Source of the DNA: Lingula anatina
Taxonomy: Eukaryota > Animalia > Brachiopoda
Direction of reading: 5' to 3'
NCBI GenBank assembly: GCA_051362555.1
Contig: CM120649.1
Location: forward strand, 13,888,001-13,952,000
Length of the DNA stretch: 64,000 nucleotides
In this document: positions 49,505-60,478 of the stretch, piece after piece
Layout: each line of letters starts with the position of its first letter
Position numbering within the stretch: position 1 is the stretch's first letter
Program-made: the position numbers and the translations under genes
Notes under the pieces: generated by a model
The model's database searches: none
Seen by the model: only the letters and a program-made list of their open reading frames with translations
Told to the model about the DNA's origin: nothing

Positions 49505-52500
49505 GTTATTATTGGTGTTTGTCCAGGCCTCTTAATACCATGCTGGTGAAACAGTGATATCGCTGACATTTTAATATTGTCTTTAGGTTTTCATTGTGAC
49601 TTTGAGGAAAGTGATTGCGGCATTACGTGGATCACCGAAGACGCATACGACACGTGGATCAGAGCAAGTCGGGCGGCTTGCTGCGATGTCCCCCGTTTTG
49701 ACGTGACGACTGCAAGTAGAGACGGTAAGTGTAGGATTACCTTATCTACAGTTATTTTCACATCATTTTCTTTTATTTGGCTGATGATAATTATAATAAT
49801 AACAATATTTATTTATAGTCTAAAATCCATATGATACTGTATGTGCAGTAGACTTTACAGGAAGTCATTTAATATACGGACAGTTACAATAATCAGATAA
49901 TAAAATATATAAAATAAAAGTTTTAAATTCTTTTTAAAATTTTCTTATACTCTTTAGTTTTTTCTTTCAAGTGCATTGGAAGAATGTCATTGATTATACA
50001 ATTTCAGTTTCTATGAGTACATGTCAGCTACATCTTGCTTGGTTTAGAATTTCGAAATCAGTTAAACAGATTTAGATGGACATTCCAGGTCATTTCATGT
50101 ACCTAAAAGAGGACGATGCTCTTGCCAATGAAGGGAAGATATATTCTGCGAAATCGGTCACTCCATGGATTGGTGGAAATGGTGAAAATTATTGTATCAG
50201 CTTTTATTATTACATGCATGGCATAACTAACCAAGTGAATTTGACTGTTTATGCATTAATGGTAAGTGAAGTTCTAGATTTTATTCCGTTTGTAAGGAAC
50301 ATTTTCGCTTCTTCTTGAAAGTTTCATAATACTGTAGATTTTAAAGAAATGAGAATGTTATAGAAATATCTAGAAAACTAAATGATACGTTTGTGCTTGA
50401 AGTCACGTAAGCAATCTAAAACGTACCTGCTTGTAAATACGGGTGATTGGGTGGCCTAGTCCCATGTGTTCTCTAACAATTTATACATTCCCAATTTTTC
50501 CAACTTTAGCCGTTTCTAAATGGTTTATACGGCCTTTGCATCACGTGGCAAAGAGAGTAATATGCGACTTAGAGACTAAATGGCAAAAGTCATACACTAT
50601 ACATAGTGATCCACCTTCTATGGACTTGATCACAAGAAATCACAATTCACGTGATCAGGGTGCGCAGATGGTAAACCGTTGTATATGACTATCGATACGT
50701 TTTAGTTCCTAAGCCAAGAAACACTGTAATTTTCCGTTTTTAATCTGCTTTAGCCAAAGGACCAACTGCAAATAACTCATTGGTTTAAATAGATTTTTTA
50801 TTTAAACTTTCTGATGATTATATCTCTGGCAGGCAGACCAACCACCGTATGTTCTGTTAGATGACACAGGGTTTACATCAGTGTTTGGCGTTATAGATTC
50901 GAATTATTTCGTCAAAATTTGGAAGAACTGGCCCCCGATCGGCATGGATATCACTAACACTACTCCCTTCCAGGTGGGTTTGGCCGATATATTTGTCACG
51001 GTGTCGTATATTTTTTTATTCAGCCGTTCAAAACTTAAACCTAAGTACCATCGATTCAAATTCTTAAGCCCTGACATCGTTTTTGATGCTGGATTAAGAC
51101 CATTTTGAGCAGAAACGTCTTGGCGCTTAATATGCTTATTAAAGCACATACGAGAACTGTAAGGAAGACGGAGCTCAAGTGGAAAGGATCGCCATTATAT
51201 TATATTATATTATATTATATTATATTATATTATATTATATTATATTATATTATATTATAGGTGCTGTTTGTGGGCCGAATTGATGGCGACACTACTGTCC
51301 TTAGAAACATTATAACCGTAGATGAAATTTCGGTAACTGTTGGACTCTGTTCCAGTGGTGAGAGAATGTCTATTTCTGTCAAATTAGTAAAACTGACATT
51401 ATTATTAATTTTTTAAAAAATGCCATTGTCTTGTATGGGTTTTCCTATATTTTCCATTTTACTTAAAGGGAACATATTCATGTATGTGAGATCACTTCAC
51501 ACTGGCCGCCCAGAATTTAACTGTATCGAAGGGGGCTTTTCTTTGTGTTGAGTATTCGTTGGTCGCACTGTGATTGTCAAGTGAATGGGACATGCACACT
51601 CCAGTCTGCGTCAGCACTTAGACATCAAGGCCCGTATTCAGGCCTACCCAACTACCAGTTTCGGCACATAAAGATCCTGAATTAACCGGTATATCGGACC
51701 ACACTACCCGTTTTCAAGGTGTGTGTCAGATTGCATTTCAGGAGTATCAGTCAGAACACCGACAGGATGAGCCCGCGGTCGTCCTACAAAAATTGTTCTG
51801 GGGTATGATACTCCGAAATGCGATCTGACACACACCTTGAAAACGGGTAGTGTGGTCCGGTATACCGGTTAATTCAGGATCCTTATGTGCCGAGTCTGGT
51901 AGTTGGGTAGGCCTGGTATTCTCGAAAGGCTGTAGCTTACGAATTCTTGTACATGTAACTTTTTACGTAAGTCCGATTGTTCACGTAAGTTAGTTCGAAA
52001 GTTTGTAAGTTACAAACTTTTATGTACGTACAAAAAATTTACAACTGCCTACTTGGTGGGAAAAATTGTATGCTTGCACATATGGTGAAAACTCGGGGAG
52101 GGAGTGCTGTCTGCGGAAATGTTATGTGCGTGTTTCATGTTGGATATTTTTGACAGCAAGTGAAATAATCAAACCATGTGTTATTATCGGCGAGACATGT
52201 TAAACTTTCGGATAGTTCAGGTTAGTTGTCTAAGGATATAATATAAGAATAAAACGTTTCTGTCGATCGCGTAATGACGTCATGTGCTACTCTCCATGTG
52301 TTACTCTTGCTTGAATTTTCAGAATTGTTTTGCGATTTTGACGACGGGCATTGTGGATATTATGTTGAAACAAAGACTACGTATGTATGGGACTATTTTC
52401 GAACTTCTAATGAGCATTTCCCAAAAGTCGATCATTCGGATTCAGGTAAGATCTGAGACAGAAGTAAAATGTAAAGAAATCTTATTATTAAGTAAGTCAA

Positions 52501-54773
52501 CGTGATAATTTTGAAACTTTGTCAGTTGACAAATGATACGTTTGTCCCCCATGTTAACAAATGTTAAAAAATTTATCAGTTTCAGTTTCATTTTGATTTC
52601 GGTTTTGGCTTAGGAACGGGCGGAAGGTTTTCGTTTGACTGTACTATGCGTACTTTTGGTGGATCAGGCTATGTCACAAGTCTTCCATACGCTGTTAATG
52701 AGACGAACCAAGGTAAATCTAGCAGGTCCTTGTTAATTTTACAGTTATTTTCACATTGACGGCATAAGCACACCAAATATATATTCGTTACAATGATGTA
52801 TACAATAACGTATACAATTATGTATGCTGCAGGTGACAGTATTCATAAATATTGCTCTGATTTCTTCATTGTAATACTGTATAGGCCTACTTCGAATTCT
52901 GAAAAAAAAAATCACAACAATGGTCCCCTCTTGAAATGAGAATTTGATTAGTTGAATCATAGTTCTATATGGCACCGTTCGATCTCTAAAATACCATATT
53001 TTTTCGGGGCCCTTTAGCGAGCCCCGAACCCCACGCCAAGAGGGGGGGGGGAGAGGGTCGGCTTCGCATCCACGGCCTGTCATTCCTAAAAAACGGACCC
53101 CTCCTTCAAATAATCCTGGATCCGCCCCTCTATTCTAGGCCATTTACATATATTTCCCGAAGACTTCCCGTGGTGTCTTCAGTTTTGGATGGCGGCCAAC
53201 GAAGATAATGAAGCCCTGCTTGAAATGTTTGCCATCGCTGACGAGGAAAGTGTCTTATTATGGACACACGAAGGTACGACTAACAAAACCAGGTTTTACA
53301 TTAAAAACGTTTGATGTTGGTAAAAATTCGGTTTCAACATTACAAAGGCTTTAGAATAATTTCGATATTAGTTATTTAAAAAAAAAAATAAATAAAAAAT
53401 AAATAAATAAGAAACGGCGATCCTGCAAAATTTACGTTACTGTCTTTCTATGTACCTGCACTTTTGTTAGACTAAAATCAACATTTTTTTAGAATAAACA
53501 TAGTGAAAATAGGAACGCCAGTGCTTTTAGTATATTTTCGTTTAGATGAAAGACCGTATTTTAGGGTTATTTTTCTTTATTGTTTCATATTGTGTACCAG
53601 GGAGTACTCCACAACATCAGAGTGATCCTTACACTTTCTTTGAGGTACCCATCCCTAGGGGCGTGTATCAAATCCAGTTCAAGGCCACGTGCCCAGACTA
53701 CCAGTACACAGTCAGTAAGAGAATGCTCTTGGCCATCGACGAAATCGCCATTGCTGAAAAGGACTGCACAGCTAAATGTAATTATAAAACTATCCACGCA
53801 CATGCATAGTATATTCTGTAAATTAATTGATGGCATTTAGAATAGTATGTATAGTAAAGTTTATGTGTTGTCGTAGATGTGCTGTTTAATCCCACATTAT
53901 GTTTAAAGAGACAAAGCGAAAGGTTTTAGCACCCTTTTTTACTTGTAAGTGCACAACCACTTCTCACCGAACTTATCTATGGGCAAGTAGTACTTTTTAA
54001 TTTTTCACGTCCTCACAGAACTTGCCACCTGTCAAAAGTCTTGACACAATTTTGAATCGCGCGCAATCCGGAAGTTCGAAGTGACGGCCGGTTGACAAAA
54101 CTTAAGGACTGTCTAATTTTCCCGGACTGTTACATAGAAATGATGAATTCCAGGAAAGAATCAAAAGTTGATTGATCGGCCAAAAACACAGTTTACCCCA
54201 GGAAAGTTGGTTAAGCATGATTTTTTGGAGGAAAGTCTTTTGTTTAGCACCTCAAATCTGTATTTCGCAATATTTGTCACGAGGTGACACGTGCCTTCCT
54301 ATAATAGTATTTCGGTACGAGCAGAATGAAAACATTCCTATTTCCTGTAGATCGTGCCCCGCCGCTCACGAATACACCGGATTAAACGGCACAGCCTTTT
54401 GTTTTCTGATCGAACTGTGGTTTAATTATTTTTACAAACGATAAATTTCGTGTGGTGTTCACCCTAATGAATTCGGATTCGAATTGTCACCATAAAAGGA
54501 ACTATTCATTCACACAAATATAAAAACATACTTGTAACGTTCAATTTGCTAGTTCCAGCCACGACCTCCTTTTCCCGTACCACAGAAGACCCCGTTGAAA
54601 CCACAACAGAACAAAGGCCTACTACTACCACAGGGAAGATTCGTCCTTTCTTGAACTTCTTCCCCGAAAGTGGCGCCAGGAGGGAAGATTTCTGGGATTC
54701 CTATACTATCGCTGCATTGTGTGTGCTTGTACTGGCGGAACGGTTCATATGGAGAGGCGTTCTAGTTGCTTAA
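48063..54773 (+). CDS. Double-MAM-domain cell-surface protein, paralogue 2, ~463 aa
   Basis: Exons 48063-48156, 49587-49724, 50089-50261, 50833-50973, 51261-51357, 52323-52445, 52614-52712, 53139-53273, 53601-53777, 54559-54773. Same phases as paralogue 1; exon sizes 94/138/173/141/97/99 are identical. Frame intact, with Thr-rich stalk and hydrophobic C-terminus. Confidence 0.88.
51194..51258 (+). repeat. (ATATT)n microsatellite abutting a splice acceptor
   Basis: About 13 pentamer units run directly into the AG at 51259-51260. Confidence 0.9.
51639..51915. mobile_element. Foldback MITE with ~110-bp inverted arms and 5-bp TSD (GTATT)
   Basis: GTATT-CAGGCCTACCCAACTACCAG ... CTGGTAGTTGGGTAGGCCTG-GTATT; arms nearly perfectly complementary. 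Confidence 0.8.
52900..53129. mobile_element. CAGGGGCGGAT-family MITE copy, inverted relative to 4528
   Basis: Ends TTCAAATAATCCTGGATCCGCCCCT; internal ATTTTTTCGGGGCCCTTTAGCGAGCCCC matches the reverse complement of ~4625-4650. Left end approximate. Confidence 0.55.
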
Positions 54774-54939
54774 CAAGGGCGGATTGAGGCCGTCTTCTGG
54801 GTCTTCCAGAAACGGTCAGAATTTCAAGTTTTCAATGACAGATATCTATTTTTTCTGTCGGAAGACGATCAAAAATGGAGGATAGATCAACAAAGATAAT
54901 TTGGAAGACGGGGGTGAAATATCTCTGGATCTGCCGCTG
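54774..54939. mobile_element. CAGGGGCGGAT-terminus MITE, second subfamily, immediately after the paralogue 2 stop codon
   Basis: Reverse-complement homologue of 60197-60364 over its whole length. Confidence 0.7.
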
Positions 54940-55164
54940 ACTTGAGATGTTTTTAAAAAGGACATACTGTCTGATGTGTACACTGACTGCGACATTTATG
55001 GCGGTTATTATCCAAATGACAGCCCTGATATCCAAGACTTGCAAGTGCCCGTAATATTGACTCCAGATTTGTATGCCAATGCCAATATCAAAACATTTCT
55101 TCGTTTCTTGGATTAAGTCGTCGCCATTCCGTTCTTATCACGAAGATGAAAAAGATACTCGTCG

Positions 55165-56510
55165 TGCCTGTGTTGATTGGAACACCGACCAAAACACAAT
55201 CACTTTCTTATACTGAATGCAATGCTTGGGACATCAACTAAAACACAATTACTAACCTGTAATGATTGTGTTACTTGAGACATCAGCTAGAAACAATGGC
55301 TCACCTGTACTGATTGTGTTTTATGAGGCACCAAGTAGAAACAATAACTACATATTCTAAAAGTGGCGCGTGATGTAACAGCTAGTAGCAAAGACTTGCG
55401 TATACCAGTTGTATTGTATGAGGCACTAACTAGACACTAACTTACCTTTACTGACTGTGTTGCGTGAGACACCAACTAGAAACAGACTTTCTCATATTAT
55501 ATACTGATTGCGTTCCTTGAGACACCGGCTGGCGTCACTAACCAACTAGAAGCAATCACTTACCTGTACTGATTGTTTTGTATGAGGCACCGCCTAGAAA
55601 CAATGGCTTTCCCATGTATACTGATTGTGTTGCTTGGTACACCAACTAGACACAATCACTTACTTATACCAATTGTTCTGAGGAACCAGTTAGACACCAG
55701 TCAGAAGGGATAACTTATTTATGTTGATTCTGTTGCTGGCAACTGGAACCAATGGCCTACCTATACGAATTGTGCTGCTTGGGACACCGACTAAAGTCGA
55801 ATAAGACCTCTTGAATATGTACGAATGGATTGTGATTTGCATCAATGTCTCACCATGTCGGCTTACCTATTTTGACTATGTTACTTGAGATACCAACTAG
55901 TTACACAATCACTTACTTATACTGATTGTGTTGCTTGAGATTCAAGTAGGGAACACAATCTCCCTATACTGATTATGTTGGGTGAGGGACCACTTGAAAA
56001 ACAATTACTTTTCTGGACTGCTTGAGCCACAATTCAGAAACACTACACCTTATCCATTCTGATTGTGTTGCTTGAGATACCATATAGAAACATTGAAACT
56101 TACAATATTGATTGTCCTGTGTGAAGCACCAACTCAAAACAATGAATTATGTGTATGCTGACTGTACCGAACGAAACTCCAACTAGAAACAATTGCCCCA
56201 TTCGGAATAAACGGACTAAGTAGTCCGAGGGTCAAATATGGCCGACCCATTTGAATACTTCCCCACTGGATATCTATTCAGTGTCTATTAGCGGATTAGA
56301 TGGCAAGCTTTGTAGTGGGTCGCCATATTTGACCATTGGACTAGTTAGTCCCCTATTCTGAAAGGGGCCAATGGATTACCTACGCTGACTGTTTTGCTTG
56401 AGACACCAATTAGAAACAGTGTCTTATCGATACTGATTGTGTTGGATTAGAAAATCATCTAGAAACAATTACATTTGCTTATCTGCACTGATTGTGTTGT
56501 ATGAGGCACC
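55165..56510 (+). repeat. Degenerate ~48-50 bp tandem satellite (roughly 20 units), interrupted by a MITE
   Basis: Consensus approximately GAGACACCAACTAGAAACAATCACTTACCTGTACTGATTGTGTTGCTT. Confidence 0.8.
56195..56369. mobile_element. MITE family B copy inserted in the satellite array
   Basis: GCCCCATTCGGAATA..GGACTAAGTAGTCC..GGTCAAATATGG / CCATATTTGACC..GGACTAGTTAGTCC..TATTCTGAAAGGGGC. Confidence 0.65.
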
Positions 56511-59079
56511 CTCTAAGCTCCAACAAAACCTTTTGAATATGTCTTAATGGATTGTGACTCCAGGCAATGCATCGTGATTACGTATGATCTCGGCTTTTCT
56601 CTGCGCTGAGGATTGTAATAGCTTGCGTTGATGAAATAGTCAACGTTAGTGACACGATTATTGTAAGCGGCGTCTGTATGCATTCAATAATTGTGTTGTG
56701 AGGTACTAATATTTTTTTTTTTTTTTTTGTTTAATTACCTTATTTTGCAAAACAATTTTACTGCTTGACGAAATTATCGTCCCTCTATTTGATGTGACTG
56801 CTTTAGGCCACCTTAAATCATGATCTTACATAAATTTATATGCCCGGTAACACCGGCGCCTGCCTTTTATCTAACAGCAATGATGTTATGAATTCACAAA
56901 CACATACACCCACATTACTTACTTTACGAACCGATTTCAACAAAAGCTATCTTTTTACAGCCACTGTTTGGTTCGGCTCTCTTATGTATCCAGACAAATG
57001 TGCTTACGCCATTAATGTACTGCAGCAGGTGGCTGACGTACAGAAATATCGACATAGGAGACACGGCATTTACGTGACCATAATCGGTTTTGCATTATCT
57101 CGAAAAAGGAGGACTGCAAATACTTGCTCTTACACATGAAAATAACTTGGATAGTGTGCTATTACCTTGCACCCTGCAACATGGAAACATACTCATATGT
57201 TCAGTGTGAAATACAGAATGAAGCAGCTTGATTGCAATATCGCGCTGTGCAATTCGATTGTTCTCTCCGAGTAAGGAGGGCATTTCAGTATGCGTGCCGT
57301 GGACGATGGGTCCCAACAAATACAGAACGTTATCAAAACGTTACGAGAACGTTACTGGAACTTTATGGTAACGTTCTAATAACGTTCTGCGTTTGCTGAG
57401 GCTCTATGAATAGTTAATAAATTGCCGCCATGCTATGCCTTGCTAAAATTTGCTAGAATTTTAAGAAACATTTAAAGAACAATGAAATAGCTGCTTTAGG
57501 GTACGTCTGAATCTGAATCCTGGATCTGCATTAAAGCTGTCTTATTGGGCCATCTGATTACATTTAACTCACCCGTACGTAGAGCATCTTATCACTATAA
57601 TGTCATGCACACAGCTACTGTAATGGGTCATTAAGTGACCCGTTCTAACAAGTAAAATGTAAAGTCAAGTTTTAAAGATAATACAGTACATTGGACGAAC
57701 AGTGGAAATAAGCTTCTAAATTTCAACATATATAAAACATTTCTAGGTTTTTAAAGTCACTTTACATCATTTAATTATAACATTCAGTTTTCCTAATCCT
57801 CTCAGCTGCTGAACATAATGCATTTAGAACTTATTCATCGTTCAATAGGTTAAATAAAAATGCACGTAGACGGTTATATTAACCATGTAAAGACGTGCTT
57901 GGTTACGCCTAAGGTAAATCAATTCTCTTCGTACAAGAGTTTTGGTTCTGTTGTTAGCTATTAGCACCCCTGAACGCAGGGTGTGTCCGTTAATTCTAGC
58001 GAGGAACAACACTGCCTTTGGCACCTCAAGTTCTAAACAGACTCAGGTGCATTATAAGTCAGAAAGAGGGATTAAAAGCAACGTTAATGGAAATGCACTA
58101 TTTAGTGCCAGCCATTTTTTTTCTGATTTGTAGCTATGTTTAAGAGCACAAGCACCGCAACTTGCGGGAGTGTCGGACGTACTCACCAGAGGAAACTTCC
58201 GAAAAGAGAAACCGCCGTGAGTATTCTAAAATTTGGGGTAAATCCATAGAGTTACAAGTAAAAATACAACATTTTCATTAACATTTTCATTATGTGAGAT
58301 TGGACCAAAATTCGTACTCCAAGTCCATTGTAACCGAACTCAAACAATGAAATATATAGTATATTATGTTGTGAAATTGATTAGAGTTTTTCAATTAAGA
58401 TCAAACGTAGTTTTCAACTTCCAAGTATTGTGAAGGTTAACCTCTAATGACAGAATCGATGTTTTTTAATCAAAGAAAAACATTCATTTTGGCTACAGTT
58501 AAGATACTAACCTTTTGGATCTTGTTTACGCGTATGTGCTCCGTACCCCGTGTACTGTGTTTTACTCGATCGCAGAATTAAATCCTTAAGTTGCGACATT
58601 TTGTTTCAAATTACCACCATATCCTACCTTTCATGGCAAAACTGAAGTAACTTATGAGAATAACAATGGTTTTGCAAAAAAAAAAAACATTTTGTTTGAA
58701 AAATCTTTCTTATGTGGACAAGTTATGGGGAGTTCAAGATACACGTTTCTAAATACTGTCACTAGCAATATATTCGAAATATTCTTTAGTCAAGAAGATT
58801 TGAAAGTATTAAATATCTTAGACATAAAAAGATATTTATCCTCTTAAACAACATCTAAAACTTAGTTATTAAGTGCTTAGTTCTGAAATTAACTGTATTA
58901 AAGGTTTAGTAACAGGGTATTTGGTTTTGAATTTAACATTGACAAAACAACTAACTGACATTATTAAGCAACAGGCAACACTCACACAATAGCCTAAAGT
59001 TTGTGCACTTATCTTGCCGCCGCCAGACAAGGGAAAGTTTTTTTCAGGAATTTCTAATCAGATTTGTTACGAAGATAAA

Positions 59080-60389
59080 ATGTGGGCGGAGAGCTGGCTC
59101 ATCGAAGGCATCATAATTCTGACTCTAGTGTGGAATTCTCTCGGCGAAGGAACGCGGAGAAACCCTTTAAAGAGTAAGTTGGATGTTATTTAAATCTAAA
59201 ACGTGCTAAAATTAAATATCTGAGCTGATTTCACGCAAATTTCATTTACAGCGATGAATTTCGCTTGAAGAGTAAGAAACCACCATTTTTTGTTAAGGAT
59301 TAATGAAAATGGTGCTGTGGTAGCGGGTCGATCTGAAAATAATAAAATATCAAAATGTGTTGCTGGACATGATATAAAGAAAAATTGGAATTGAGGCAAA
59401 CGGTGAATAAAAATGAAAAATACTATAAAAACGACTCCTCATTACGAACCTCTCCAAGGAGACGTCGCGAGGGGTTTTCTCTATACGCTTAAGCTTTTCA
59501 GCGTTTGCTGGGTGAATTAAACGTACTGTACATGGCACAGAAATAGAGAAAATCAAATCGGACGAAATGCCCGGCGATTTTTTTTACATTTTTAATCTCC
59601 AAAACCCTGTCATTTGATATTTATTTTTGTCATCTGATTCGTGTAAGGTATGCCTTAGTATACATGAGAAAATAGAGAAAGTTTAGGGAAAAGTTATGTA
59701 TTACCGTCTAAATCGGTTAAATCGGTGAGACCTACTTCAAACTTGGCAATTGCCTTGGTGCCATTATGCGCACATGTAATGATGCATTTTGCGATTGGTA
59801 CATGTGTTAAGTTTTATATCGAGATTTTTGAGGATAGTGGTATTTTTGATCTAATGAAGTTACACATTTCTCATTGATATTACGTTTTCATTGTGACTTT
59901 GATTAAATTGTCCATGGTATTATAGACCTAGTAAGTAACATATTTCTATATTTTTGGCATTGACGTTGTTTTCATTGTGGCTTTAATCAAAATGGAAATG
60001 GTATTATGGACCTAATAAGTAACATATTTCTATATTTTTGGTATTGATGTTAGGTTTTCATTGCGACTTTGAGGAAAATGACTGCGGCATAACATTGATC
60101 ACCGAAGGCACGTATGATACCTGGTACAGATCTACCCGGAGGGCTTGCTGCCACTCACCCGATCATGACATGACCACCCGTTCCAGTGACGGTAAGCAGG
60201 GGCGGATCCAGAGATATTTTCTGACCGTCTTCCCAATTGTCTTTTTTTATCCATCCTCAATTTTTGACCGTCTTCCGACAGAAAAAAATTAGATGGCCGT
60301 CAATATAAATTTGAAAAATTCTGTCCGTCTTCCAGAAGACCCAGAAGGCTTCAATCCGCCCCTGGTAAGTCTAAACTTGCTTATGGGAT

Positions 60390-60478
<89 letters not shown>

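Noticed and set aside
55165-56510. Satellite as a CRISPR array or coding repeat
   Set aside because: Units are contiguous and degenerate with no unique spacers, there are no cas genes and the context is eukaryotic. Frequent indels break the one frame that is open in the consensus.
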